Assembly (NCBI GenBank): GCA_944392205.1
Contig: CALXVV010000040.1
Coordinates: 32,971 to 96,970 of the forward strand
Origin: an uncultured Alphaproteobacteria bacterium
Lineage (GTDB): Bacteria; Pseudomonadota; Alphaproteobacteria; RF32; CAG-239
Direction of reading: 5' to 3'
Length of the DNA: 64,000 nucleotides
A model generated the notes under the pieces. The model did not search any database. It saw only the letters and a list, made by a program, of their open reading frames with translations, and was not told the origin of the DNA. Each line of letters starts with the position of its first letter. The first letter of the stretch is position 1. The translations under genes and the position numbers were made by a program. This document shows, piece after piece, positions 1 to 9,625 of the stretch.

Positions 1-40
1 TATTTAGCAAAAAAATCCACAAATTTGTGTATATTTTTTA

Positions 41-61
41 GCGACTCTTGCCAAGAGTCGC
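41..61 (+). terminator. Hairpin gcgactctt-gcc-aagagtcgc followed by a T-rich tract; probable terminator of an upstream gene, or an operator ahead of the pilus locus
   Basis: 9-bp inverted repeat read directly; followed by attttgattt. Confidence 0.3.
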
Positions 62-97
62 ATTTTGATTTATCAAGGCTTTAGAGGGGTTTATTTT

Positions 98-1810
98 ATG
101 CCAGAAACAGGTTTAAAAACTTTTGTTTATAGTTTTTCCGTATCCTTGTTTGCTATTTTTGCCGCAAACGGGATGTATTGGCATGAGCACCCCACAAAAG
201 CTTCTGACATCAAAATTCCGCGCAGCAACATCACTCTTTTCTTGAAAAATGATGCAACAAACCCCTCCGTTGCCGTCGTTCCTGTCAAAAAAATTGCCTT
301 GAGTGTTCTGCCTGAGATTAAAAAAGAACTCCCTTCCGAGGTGTCTGAAGATGAAATCATTATGGCCGATGACCTCAACTTACCAGAAATTCCGCTGGAA
401 TTTTCGATACCTTCGCTGGAAACCGCCCCTCAAGAAAAAGTTTCCGCAGTGAAGTTTGCCGAAAATGCAGCTCCCAAGCCGAAACTGATGCGGCAACAAG
501 CTGAGGAAGTAAAGCAGCCAGACAAAATTGTCATTCCGTTGGAAGCCCCAGAATCAAAAGGGATTGGACGACCCAAGAAGGCTAACGCCCCTGCGACTGC
601 TCCGGTTGTGAAAATTAGTGTGCAGGAAGACGAGAAACCTACGCAAAACGGATCTTCTCCTGCCTCTTTATTGGCGGCCAATGATTTGACTACGAACACA
701 GGTATCAACAAAGCGGATGGCGACAATGCTTTTGAACCTTCCGATGAAATTCCGCTTTTGCCTTTGGAGCGAGGGGGAGACAAGTTATTACAAGCACAGA
801 ACATTGTTAGAATTGCATCCGAGACGCAAACCAATCAGGTTGCTTTGGCGGACAAGTCTATCCCCATCCACAGCATGGAGAAATCTTCTTCTACAGCCTC
901 AACAGAAAAGACCCCGGCTCAATCCCCACACTGGGAAAGCATGGCAGATAAAAAGGTCTCGACCGATTCTCCTTGGCTTGTAGCAAAAGCCGATGGCGCT
1001 TTGAAAAACCAAAAAATTTCTCAAGAGGCTTATTATCAAAAAGATAGTGATGATATAAAGAACGCACTTAATCCCTCTAAGGTTTCCGCCGATGGAGTAA
1101 AACTCGCATCAGAAACCGTTAAAAATCTTTTGATTCCGATCCCGGAAGATATCTTGAATGATGAAAATCTAACCCCTCAATTATCGTACACCCCTAAAGA
1201 AAAATCTTCCCAGGAAAAGGCTAAGACCGCTGAAGTTTCAACAGAGAAAAATGCAGCACCTCAGCAAACTGCCGCTATTGAAAAGCCGGCGCAGCCTCAA
1301 GCTGAAGAAAATGCAGACAGCAAGAAAAATAAGCTATTGGCCTCTTTGGATGCTATTTTTAGCGCCAAGGAGCAGTCAAAGGTTGAGCCACAACCTAAAG
1401 AAGAGAAAAAGAGCATTCTTGGTAGTCTGCGGAAAAAAATACAAAAGAAATCCAGCGTCGGCAAGATTATGCCAACAGAAATGAGACTTTCTTTTCAACC
1501 CAATCGGGCCGAAATTTCCGGGCAAACCTTGCGCTGGATACAGGCTTTTGCGGCCAAGGCTGCCGAAAACAAAAACATGACTATTGAGATCAGAATTGAT
1601 GGCACCAGTGCCATGGATTTGCAACAAAAAAGGCTCAACCTTTTGCACAATATTCTGACAAACAAAGGCGTGGAGTATAGCAAAATTAATACCGTCTTTA
1701 CCCAAAGAGAGCCGAACTCTTTTATTATTAAGACCATTACCCATAATAATCAGAAAGGAGCTAATCGAAATTTAAATAAAGCCGCTAACGGATATTATAT
1801 CCAATGGTAA
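98..1810 (+). CDS. Membrane-anchored, Pro/Glu/Lys/Ala-rich low-complexity protein with a degenerate OmpA/MotB-like C-terminal domain; first gene of the pilus locus
   Basis: ATG at 98 preceded by agagggg. N-terminal TM segment FVYSFSVSLFAIFAANGMYW. C-terminus LSFQPNRAEISGQTLRWIQAFA...TIEIRIDGTS...QQKRLNLLHNILTNKGV follows the OmpA_C pattern but lacks the canonical D..N..LS..RA residues. Confidence 0.5.
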   Translation: MPETGLKTFVYSFSVSLFAIFAANGMYWHEHPTKASDIKIPRSNITLFLKNDATNPSVAVVPVKKIALSVLPEIKKELPSEVSEDEIIMADDLNLPEIPLEFSIPSLETAPQEKVSAVKFAENAAPKPKLMRQQAEEVKQPDKIVIPLEAPESKGIGRPKKANAPATAPVVKISVQEDEKPTQNGSSPASLLAANDLTTNTGINKADGDNAFEPSDEIPLLPLERGGDKLLQAQNIVRIASETQTNQVALADKSIPIHSMEKSSSTASTEKTPAQSPHWESMADKKVSTDSPWLVAKADGALKNQKISQEAYYQKDSDDIKNALNPSKVSADGVKLASETVKNLLIPIPEDILNDENLTPQLSYTPKEKSSQEKAKTAEVSTEKNAAPQQTAAIEKPAQPQAEENADSKKNKLLASLDAIFSAKEQSKVEPQPKEEKKSILGSLRKKIQKKSSVGKIMPTEMRLSFQPNRAEISGQTLRWIQAFAAKAAENKNMTIEIRIDGTSAMDLQQKRLNLLHNILTNKGVEYSKINTVFTQREPNSFIIKTITHNNQKGANRNLNKAANGYYIQW

Positions 1811-1867
1811 TAAGTCTTGTGTGGCGCTTGATTATTTATTTTTCAGTATGTATGATAGGAAAAAAGT

Positions 1868-2596
1868 ATGACGAAATCTAATCCGAGGATAAACAAAATG
1901 AACCGCAATTTATGGCAGAGTGCTTGCGCGCTAACGATGTTTTTTATAACTGGATGCAGCCAACTGGATATCTTTGGCGCCGGAAACACTTATGTGGAAG
2001 ATGCTCCTGCAAATCAAGTGGCATCTCCGACTGCCGCAGCTCCTATGCAAGCCCCGCTTCCCCAGAAAGAGGCTGTTATTGTACCTCCGGCGCAAAATGT
2101 CGATAATGACCTTATCAATTATCGCCAGTCTGCTGCCGACTACCGCGAATTTGGAGAGCGTGCGCCTAGAGATCAGGATATCGTAACTTCTGGCCCGGGG
2201 AGTAATATGGCCGCCTCTATTCCGCCAACCATTGAAGAGGAAGTGACTGATTATGAAGAGGAGGTAAATGCCGCCATGGAAGAGGCTTCAGAGACTGATC
2301 AGTCGTCACAGTCCTCAGGAGAAGATCCAGTAGAGGATTGGCTGGCTGAAGAAGGAAGCACTCTCAAAGGACTTTTGACTGATTGGAGTGAGCGTGCCGG
2401 ATGGCGTTTGATTTGGAATAGCAACCGTAACTACACTTTGGCTGCCGGCGCTATGTTTAGAGGGCGTTTTGCAGATGTCAGCTCTGCCTTGATTAGAACT
2501 TTTGCCAGAGCTAAACCGGCTCCTGTTGCGACATTTTATAAAGGAAATAGAGTCTTAGTTGTTGAGACAATGGAGGATGAGAATGCATATAACTAA
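1868..2596 (+). CDS. pilL: PilL/TcpQ-like type IVb pilus lipoprotein
   Basis: Lipobox FFITGC. C-terminal LTDWSERAGWRLIWNSNRNYTLAAGAMFRGRFADVSSALIRTF resembles the TcpQ/PilL C-domain. Sits immediately upstream of the secretin, as in R64/ICE pil operons. Confidence 0.65.
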   Translation: MTKSNPRINKMNRNLWQSACALTMFFITGCSQLDIFGAGNTYVEDAPANQVASPTAAAPMQAPLPQKEAVIVPPAQNVDNDLINYRQSAADYREFGERAPRDQDIVTSGPGSNMAASIPPTIEEEVTDYEEEVNAAMEEASETDQSSQSSGEDPVEDWLAEEGSTLKGLLTDWSERAGWRLIWNSNRNYTLAAGAMFRGRFADVSSALIRTFARAKPAPVATFYKGNRVLVVETMEDENAYN

Positions 2597-4184
2597 TTGG
2601 AAAAAACTCGGATTTGGGATGTTGGCGGCAGCATTCGCAGCCTCTTGCTCTATATCTACAAACCTGGATGCAACAATTGACCGTGAAGTTGAGGCAGCGA
2701 CAAAGCTCAAAGAGGCTGCCAAGGCTCCAACTCCTTTAGCAAACCAGGACCTCATTAAAGTTAAAGACGAAATTTGGCTCGGTGATACCAGCGAGATTGA
2801 GTATGAAGGAGAGCCCTTACCTGCTTATCTGGAAGGGAAAAATGGCATTACCTTAGTAAGCAATCGTCCAATTACTCTTTTTGAAATTGGCGATATGATT
2901 AATAAGACAACTTCCCTGGGCGTTAGATACGCACCCCAATTGGAAGCTGATGTAAAATCTAAAGGGGCTGCCAACAAACCCACTGCCGAGGCAATCAATA
3001 CAGATTGGGCAGAACCAGACAAAATGCTGGTTTCTTACCAAGGACCGCTGAGCGGCCTATTGGATGAGGTTGCTTCTCGTTTTGGAATCTGGTGGCGGTA
3101 TGAAAAGAAAGAAATCCATTTCTATAAATTTATCACAAAGACCTTCGTTGTCTACAGCCTGCCGACAAAGCCCAGCTTGACTGTTACCGTTGGCGGAAGC
3201 CAAAGCGGCGGCGGCGGAAGTTCCTCTGTTAGCTTGAACAATTCCGCAGAAGTTGAGTTGTGGGGAAATTTTGAGAAAAGCATTAACTCTATGATTAGTG
3301 AAGGTGCAAAGCTCACAATGTCTCCGGCTGACGGAACAATTACCTTAACGGCTACGCCTAATGATATCAAAAAAGTTGCAAAATACATTAATGAGCAGAA
3401 CGCTCGCCTATCAAGACAAGTGGCCATCAGTGTTAAGGTGTTGCAGGTAACAATTAACGATACAGACAATTATGGTTTGGATTTGAGCGCTACGTTCAAA
3501 GACGGTATAACCTCTATTGGCGTAACCGGATCGACAAGTATCAGCTCAGCTGAGACGGCTGGCAACACGCTGACTTGGGGTATCATTAACAATCACTGGA
3601 CTGCAGATGCTGCCGTTAAGGCCTTGTCTCAACGCAATAATACCAGCCTGGTGACCAGTGGTACAGTTACAACTCTTAACAACAAACCTGCTCCTATCCA
3701 GGTTACTCAAAAACAAAACTACATTGCTGAGATGACCAAGACAAACAGTGGTACCGATGGTAATAACTATGATATTTCGGTAACGACTGAAGAAGTAGAA
3801 ACTGGCTTTACTTTGGACGTTTTACCCAGAATTCTTGAACATGGAAGAATGCTTGTTATGTTTAACATGACGTTGTCTGATCTGGTTTCTCTTGATAAGG
3901 TCGAATTTGGTGCAGAAGATGAGAACCAATATATTCAAAACCCGCATATTGAATCTCGTGCCTTTACGCAAGAAGTTGCCATGACTTCTGGTGAATCCCT
4001 TATCTTGACAGGATATGAGCGCGTTAACAATTCCACAACAAAGGAGGGAACCGGCTCAGCTGAGAACTCTTTGCTTGGTGGTACAGCTAATGCCGAAAAA
4101 GAACGCAGTGTTCTGGTTATCATCTTGACACCGGTGGTATTGGAAACCCCGTTATCACCCGAATCCAGAATGTCAATGAACTAA
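2583..4184 (+). CDS. pilN: Type IVb pilus secretin, PilN-type lipoprotein
   Basis: GGAGGA 6 nt before the ATG at 2583. Lipobox AFAASC. C-terminal secretin core (VTSGTVTTLNNKPAPIQV..., ESLILTGYERV..., RSVLVIILTPVVLE). 14-nt overlap with pilL. Confidence 0.8.
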   Translation: MHITNWKKLGFGMLAAAFAASCSISTNLDATIDREVEAATKLKEAAKAPTPLANQDLIKVKDEIWLGDTSEIEYEGEPLPAYLEGKNGITLVSNRPITLFEIGDMINKTTSLGVRYAPQLEADVKSKGAANKPTAEAINTDWAEPDKMLVSYQGPLSGLLDEVASRFGIWWRYEKKEIHFYKFITKTFVVYSLPTKPSLTVTVGGSQSGGGGSSSVSLNNSAEVELWGNFEKSINSMISEGAKLTMSPADGTITLTATPNDIKKVAKYINEQNARLSRQVAISVKVLQVTINDTDNYGLDLSATFKDGITSIGVTGSTSISSAETAGNTLTWGIINNHWTADAAVKALSQRNNTSLVTSGTVTTLNNKPAPIQVTQKQNYIAEMTKTNSGTDGNNYDISVTTEEVETGFTLDVLPRILEHGRMLVMFNMTLSDLVSLDKVEFGAEDENQYIQNPHIESRAFTQEVAMTSGESLILTGYERVNNSTTKEGTGSAENSLLGGTANAEKERSVLVIILTPVVLETPLSPESRMSMN

Positions 4185-4206
4185 TAAAAAAGCAAGGAGA
4201 AAGCTG

Positions 4207-5484
4207 GTGCTTGAAGAGGCTAAACTGCTTGATGACGATATTGAAAAAACCTCTGCCAAACGGACATGGGGAACGTCAATTACGGTTGACGGAACGACTT
4301 ATGCAACAAGTTTGTTCTGGCAACCTTTGCAGAATGCCAGCGATCCCTTTCAGGAAGTTGAAGAAGCTTCTGCCGGTGTTCTGGAAGGCGCAGACCTTTT
4401 CTGCATCAAAGGAGGGAAAGCTCCTCAGTTTGGTATTTGTGTTTCTCATGAAGGCTATAAGAACGGTGAGACTGTCGGTGCCGTAGCTTTGGCAACAGCT
4501 TTGTCGGATGTTGGCTCCTATGTCGCTGTCTTTAAAGTTCAGGAAGGTTGGTGGTATGTTTGTATTCGTAACGACATTATCCTTTCTGATGGTGATATGC
4601 TCTTCTTAGATGAAGAAGAAGCAAAAAACCAGTTTATGTCTATGTTGGCGGTGCCGGATTGGGGCAAAAAAATAGCTCCTAAGGAATGGGCCGTTGAGGA
4701 AACTGAGGAAGTTGACCTTGGTGACTTGCTTATGCGGGGTGCCAAGTCAAAGCTTCAGAAAATTAAGGCTTTGCGAGGAACAAAGCTCTTTATGGTCATT
4801 GCCATTTCCGCAGTGGTTGGTATTTGGTTGTTATCCAGCTTGATCGACAGCATCTTTTTAACACCGACCGTGCGCCCAGTCGTGGTTCCGGTCAAGCCTA
4901 AGGTTGTTAAAAAAGCCGAGCCCGTCGTTGAGGTAAAACCGTGGGAGAAGGTTCCTAACGCTAAAGAAGTTATGATTAACTGCCAAAAGGGTATCGTTGA
5001 TTTGGATAAACTCTTACCTCCGGGATGGGAAATTGGCAATATTGTGTGCTCTAATGGTAGCGCGGCCACTAGTTGGAAACGAAACGTCGGACGAATTTCT
5101 TGGGCGAAGAAAACATTAGATGACAGCGGCCTTAAGTTTTCCGGATATAGTTTTTCGGCTGACGGCGGAACGCTCTCAGCGACGCTCTCTTTGCCAAAGG
5201 CTGAGGAACAGCTCAATCCACCGCAGAAAAGGCTGATAGACCTTCAAGACGAACTGAATGATACGTTCCAAGCCATTGGAATTAAAATTGCTTTTTCCAC
5301 CGGGTCAGCTAAGTCTTCTACCGGAAACATTTACAAAACATTGCAGTTTTCATTAAATTCTGAATATAATCCGCAGACTTGGATTGAATTATTAACAAAA
5401 TATTCAGGACTTGAGATTAAACTCATATCATATTCGCCACAGAACAAAATCTGGCATTACGAGGGGACAATCTATGTTTTATAA
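4207..5484 (+). CDS. pilO: PilO-like bitopic type IVb pilus assembly protein
   Basis: GTG start 7 nt after aaggaga. Single central TM LFMVIAISAVVGIWLLSSLI. Size (425 aa) and position between secretin and PilP match R64 PilO. No catalytic motifs. Confidence 0.5.
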   Translation: MLEEAKLLDDDIEKTSAKRTWGTSITVDGTTYATSLFWQPLQNASDPFQEVEEASAGVLEGADLFCIKGGKAPQFGICVSHEGYKNGETVGAVALATALSDVGSYVAVFKVQEGWWYVCIRNDIILSDGDMLFLDEEEAKNQFMSMLAVPDWGKKIAPKEWAVEETEEVDLGDLLMRGAKSKLQKIKALRGTKLFMVIAISAVVGIWLLSSLIDSIFLTPTVRPVVVPVKPKVVKKAEPVVEVKPWEKVPNAKEVMINCQKGIVDLDKLLPPGWEIGNIVCSNGSAATSWKRNVGRISWAKKTLDDSGLKFSGYSFSADGGTLSATLSLPKAEEQLNPPQKRLIDLQDELNDTFQAIGIKIAFSTGSAKSSTGNIYKTLQFSLNSEYNPQTWIELLTKYSGLEIKLISYSPQNKIWHYEGTIYVL

Positions 5485-6796
5485 AATAAGAAATATTTTG
5501 AGTGTATCTGCTTTAGCACTATTTGTTGCCGCTAATAATAATTCTTTGTACGCGCAGGGCGTTGTTACCCTCTCTGAAGAAGCTATGTTTGATGAGGGAA
5601 CAGACAGCTCGTCACCAAGCGTTCCAACAGATGCTCCCCTGTTTGGTAATGAAAAGACTGCTCCGACGGAGCAGGCCACCCCTGCTCCTCAGGATAAGCC
5701 TGCTGCCGTGGAAAAGCCCGCAGAAGAAAGTGTTCCAGTAATGCCGGCTGAGGCACTGGCGCAGCCGGGTGCCGGGGTTGGAATTTTTGGGACAAACGAT
5801 GAGGAAATTGATGAGAATATCTTTTCCCAGATGTCTGACCTTGAAAAACAGACAGCTCTGCTCAACCTTGAATTACGCCGTGAAAAGGTTAAGAACGAAA
5901 TAGAAGCAATTAAAAATCAGCGTAAGCAAGCCGCTATTCAGGAAAAAGAAAAGGCTGAGGAAAAAGAACGGCGCAAAGTTGAGTGGGAAAAAGAACAAGA
6001 ACAGAAAGTTTTGCAAGAACAGCAGAAATTAAGAGAGCTGGATATTCAGTTTGAAAAAGAAAGACAAGAGCGTCTTTTGAACGCTTACAAAAATGATATG
6101 CTGGCAGCAAATCAGGAATGGATTGCGCATGAGGGTTCTCTTTACAAGCAAATAGAGAATCTTAAGGAAGAAAATACCAACTTGTTGAATGATATGAAAA
6201 ACAAGTTGAAAAGTATCCAGACTAACGTTGCACAGGCTTCTGCAAAATCTACCGAAACCATCAACGCTTATCAAAGAGAGATTGATAACTTGCAGACTAA
6301 GATTTCTGTTCTGAAGGCCAGAATTGAAGCTCAGGAACGTGAAATGGAAAAGAGGAACCCGTTTGCTGAGGGAAATCAGGAAGCGCCAGCAGCAGAAACC
6401 ACCGCAGCACCGCAAGTTCCCGAGGAAGATATTGCTATTCCGGAGTTGAAATTGGCTAATATGTATGCCGTTATGGAGATTAGAGGACAAGGCGGTGAGT
6501 TGATTGCTAAACTTATTAATCAAGACGGTACTCCTTTTTATGTTAAAAAAGGAACGGCTCTGCAAAGTGGTCATATAATAGATGAGATTACCTCAACTTA
6601 TGTAAGAGCTGAAAAAGACGGGATTAAAGATTATCTGTATTTTGCCGCCGGGGGTATTTTGCCTTTGGAGCAGCCTAAATCTTCTGTCTCTCCGGATCTT
6701 CCGACTGCAGATGCTGCAGCACAAACGGCAGAAAAACATACGTTTGCAACCAGTGTAGGCGTTCCCGGACTTGGAAAGTCCATGATTGCCAGGTAG
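5474..6796 (+). CDS. pilP: PilP-like pilus assembly protein with a long charged coiled-coil insert
   Basis: gagggga before the ATG at 5474. Signal peptide ...LYAQG. C-terminal YAVMEIRGQGGELIAKLINQDGTPFYVKKGTALQSGHIIDEITSTYV resembles the PilP/GspC HR-type domain. 11-nt overlap with pilO. Confidence 0.55.
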   Translation: MFYKIRNILSVSALALFVAANNNSLYAQGVVTLSEEAMFDEGTDSSSPSVPTDAPLFGNEKTAPTEQATPAPQDKPAAVEKPAEESVPVMPAEALAQPGAGVGIFGTNDEEIDENIFSQMSDLEKQTALLNLELRREKVKNEIEAIKNQRKQAAIQEKEKAEEKERRKVEWEKEQEQKVLQEQQKLRELDIQFEKERQERLLNAYKNDMLAANQEWIAHEGSLYKQIENLKEENTNLLNDMKNKLKSIQTNVAQASAKSTETINAYQREIDNLQTKISVLKARIEAQEREMEKRNPFAEGNQEAPAAETTAAPQVPEEDIAIPELKLANMYAVMEIRGQGGELIAKLINQDGTPFYVKKGTALQSGHIIDEITSTYVRAEKDGIKDYLYFAAGGILPLEQPKSSVSPDLPTADAAAQTAEKHTFATSVGVPGLGKSMIAR

Positions 6797-6802
6797 TGCT
6801 CC

Positions 6803-8482
6803 ATGGCTGAGGAAAGTGATGAAAAAATAAATGAAACCTCCGGAGATGAAGCTTCAACGGCTGAATCTCTCAGTCCTTCTGAGGAACAAACAAAAATTGA
6901 TTCTCAGAAGAAGTCTTCTATCACTGACACTTATTTTTCTAATGGCAACAAGTTACTCACCCTGCCTGGGTCTTCTTTGGTGATCAATGATGACACCAGG
7001 AGATTGCTGGCTCTTTTTTCTGATGGGCGGTTCTTAGTCGTTGAGACGCACAAGTTTGATGGACGTGTCTTGAGCTTTGAGGTCTTGGCCAGAAAGAAAA
7101 AGCTCAACATATTGAAACCGACTTACGTTTCTCAGAACGAAATTAACGCCATTTACAGCATTGGCGAACGTGCTCAGGCGGCCGTCGATGTTAAGGAAGA
7201 CAGCGAGCTTGATCAGCTGCAGATGCAAAAAGACTTTGTCAATGTTATTGCACGTGCAGCGGCACAAAAGGTTTCCGATGTCCACGTTGTGGTGGCTGAC
7301 AGTACACAGATTATGTTCCGTATCAATGGTATGATGACAACCGAGATGGAATATAATAAAGACTGGGGAGAATCCTTTGTTCGTGCAGCGTTTGCTTCAG
7401 CTGATGTATCAGATTCAAACTATGCTCAAAACGAGTTCCAAGGTGCACAAAAACTTGGATCCACTCCCTTGCGTGGTTCCAAAGGTAAGCTAATGCTGCC
7501 TCATAACGTTTTGGCTATTCGTTTGCAGTTTAACCCCATTGCTTTTGGTTCCCAATATTTGGTTATGCGTCTGCTTTATGCCGATGATAACCCTGATGGT
7601 TCCGGAGATCTGGCCAGCCTTGGATTTGGTGAGTTTGAAGAAAATTTATTTTACCGCTTACGAGCTGTGCCGGTGGGGCTTAGCATTATTGCCGGCCCGA
7701 CAGGATCTGGAAAATCTACGACATTGCAGCGTAATATGATTAAACTGTTGCAAGAGAAAAATTATGAAATAAACCTAATTACCGTGGAAGACCCTCCGGA
7801 GTACCCAATTCCGGGAGCAAGACAAATGCCGGTAACCAACGCCAACACCGAAGAAGAAAAAGATGAACAATTTACTAAGGCTTTGTCTGCAGCCTTGCGT
7901 TCTGACCCTGATGTTATGATGGTTGGTGAGGTGCGTTCGTTGTCAGCGGCGCAACTGACATTTAAAGGAGCCCTTTCAGGACACGGCGTTTGGACGACCC
8001 TGCATGCAAACTCCGCCCCTGCTATTCTTACCCGTTTACGCGATATGGGCGTTGAGACATTTAAACTTCTTGACCCGGAGCTGATGAAAGGTTTGATTTC
8101 TCAACGTTTGTTTAGAAAACTTTGTCCTCATTGCCGTATCTCTGTTAAAGATAAGCTCAATGAACCCTCTGTTCAAAGGCTTAAGATTGCTTTGGGAGAT
8201 TTTGGCATTGAAAATACTTTTGTGCGCGGCCCCGGATGCAAATATTGCAACAACACAGGTATTAAGGGGCGAATGAGCGTGCCTGAAATTATTCTTCCGG
8301 ATGCTACTTTTCTTGAGCTCATGATTAAGGGGGAGACAAGAAAGGCTATTGACTATTGGACCAGCGACCTGAATGGGCGCACCCTGAAAGAAGCCGCCAT
8401 TGAAAGAATGCTCAAAGGGTTGATCGACCTTGATGAGGTTGAACGCTGGTGCGGCTTGATGGATCAGCGTCCGGTATACTAG
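6803..8482 (+). CDS. pilQ: GspE/PilB-family assembly ATPase (R64 PilQ-type)
   Basis: Walker A GPTGSGKST, ITVEDPPEY, MMVGEVRS, His box WTTLHANS, tetracysteine CPHC...CKYC. Confidence 0.85.
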   Translation: MAEESDEKINETSGDEASTAESLSPSEEQTKIDSQKKSSITDTYFSNGNKLLTLPGSSLVINDDTRRLLALFSDGRFLVVETHKFDGRVLSFEVLARKKKLNILKPTYVSQNEINAIYSIGERAQAAVDVKEDSELDQLQMQKDFVNVIARAAAQKVSDVHVVVADSTQIMFRINGMMTTEMEYNKDWGESFVRAAFASADVSDSNYAQNEFQGAQKLGSTPLRGSKGKLMLPHNVLAIRLQFNPIAFGSQYLVMRLLYADDNPDGSGDLASLGFGEFEENLFYRLRAVPVGLSIIAGPTGSGKSTTLQRNMIKLLQEKNYEINLITVEDPPEYPIPGARQMPVTNANTEEEKDEQFTKALSAALRSDPDVMMVGEVRSLSAAQLTFKGALSGHGVWTTLHANSAPAILTRLRDMGVETFKLLDPELMKGLISQRLFRKLCPHCRISVKDKLNEPSVQRLKIALGDFGIENTFVRGPGCKYCNNTGIKGRMSVPEIILPDATFLELMIKGETRKAIDYWTSDLNGRTLKEAAIERMLKGLIDLDEVERWCGLMDQRPVY

Positions 8483-8493
8483 AGGAAACAATA

Positions 8494-9624
8494 ATGGTTG
8501 AAATCAACAAAAAGAAATCCAGATCTCTTCAACGAGCAATGATGAAACTTAATGTCATTGAAGAGTATTATGCCAAAATGATTATTCAGTTCTCTAACAA
8601 GACGAGACTGAAGCTTTATCGTAAAATCGCATCGTTGATGAAAAACCGCTTTTCCCTGATGGATGCCTTGGATATGCTGCATGATACGGCTAGCAACGGT
8701 GGCAAAAACCCTGGTGAACCGTTGGCTATTGCTATTGCCGCTTGGGGAAGAGCTTTAAATAACGGTAAAACTTTTTCAGATGCCTTGAAAGGTTGGGCTC
8801 CGGCCAGAGAACGTTTAATGCTTTCTGTCGGCGATGTCTCTGATCTGGAAAGTGCGTTGTTAAACTTGATTAAAGTGACTGAGGGATCAACCAAGATGAT
8901 TCGACCGATTATCGGCGCGATTGCTTATCCGAGTTTCTTGGTTATGATGTCAGTCTTAATTATTTATGCTATTGGTGTCTATATGGTGCCGCCAATGATT
9001 GATGCCGCGCCGACCGTTGTTTGGCGTGGAATGGCCAGAGATTTGGTTAGTCTTTCAAATTGGATTAAGGATAACTGGGCAATTGCATTCGCCTCTTTGC
9101 CGATAACAATGGCCGTCATCTATTTTACCATCGGGATTTGGACCGGAAGGATTAGAGTCTGGTTTGATTCTATTCCGCCTTGGTCTTTGTACAAAGTTTT
9201 TACCGGCATTAGCTGGCTGTTGGCTCTTTCTGCCTTGGTAAAAGGCGGAACCCCTGTTTCTACAGCCATGCGCGCGCTGCGCAGAGACTCAAATCGGTAT
9301 TTGCGAGAAAGAATTGATAAGACCTTGGTCTTTATTAATAACGGTGATAACTTGGGACAGGCTCTTGACAAGACCGGGTTGAATTTTCCTGATCCGGAGA
9401 TTATCGGGGATCTTAAAATTTATTCCGAACTTGATAACTTTGAGGAAGCTCTCGATAACTTGGCTAATGACTGGCTTGAAGAATCTGTCTATATGATTGA
9501 AGAAAAGGCAGGCCTCTTAAACATGGTGGCTTTGCTTTCAATCGGTGCTGTTATTGCCTGGGCCGTTATGGGAACCTTTGACATGCAAGATCAGATAACC
9601 AGCAGCATGGGAAGCGGGGTGTAA
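8494..9624 (+). CDS. pilR: GspF/PilC-family inner-membrane platform protein (R64 PilR-type)
   Basis: agagga before the ATG at 8494. Polytopic, about 376 aa, with paired cytoplasmic helical domains. Directly follows the ATPase. Confidence 0.7.
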   Translation: MVEINKKKSRSLQRAMMKLNVIEEYYAKMIIQFSNKTRLKLYRKIASLMKNRFSLMDALDMLHDTASNGGKNPGEPLAIAIAAWGRALNNGKTFSDALKGWAPARERLMLSVGDVSDLESALLNLIKVTEGSTKMIRPIIGAIAYPSFLVMMSVLIIYAIGVYMVPPMIDAAPTVVWRGMARDLVSLSNWIKDNWAIAFASLPITMAVIYFTIGIWTGRIRVWFDSIPPWSLYKVFTGISWLLALSALVKGGTPVSTAMRALRRDSNRYLRERIDKTLVFINNGDNLGQALDKTGLNFPDPEIIGDLKIYSELDNFEEALDNLANDWLEESVYMIEEKAGLLNMVALLSIGAVIAWAVMGTFDMQDQITSSMGSGV

Positions 9625-9625
9625 G

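Noticed and set aside
6029-6574. 181-aa minus-strand ORF inside the pilP-like gene
   Set aside because: It is antisense to the charged coiled-coil region, and low-complexity Lys/Glu coding produces long Phe/Leu-rich antisense frames.
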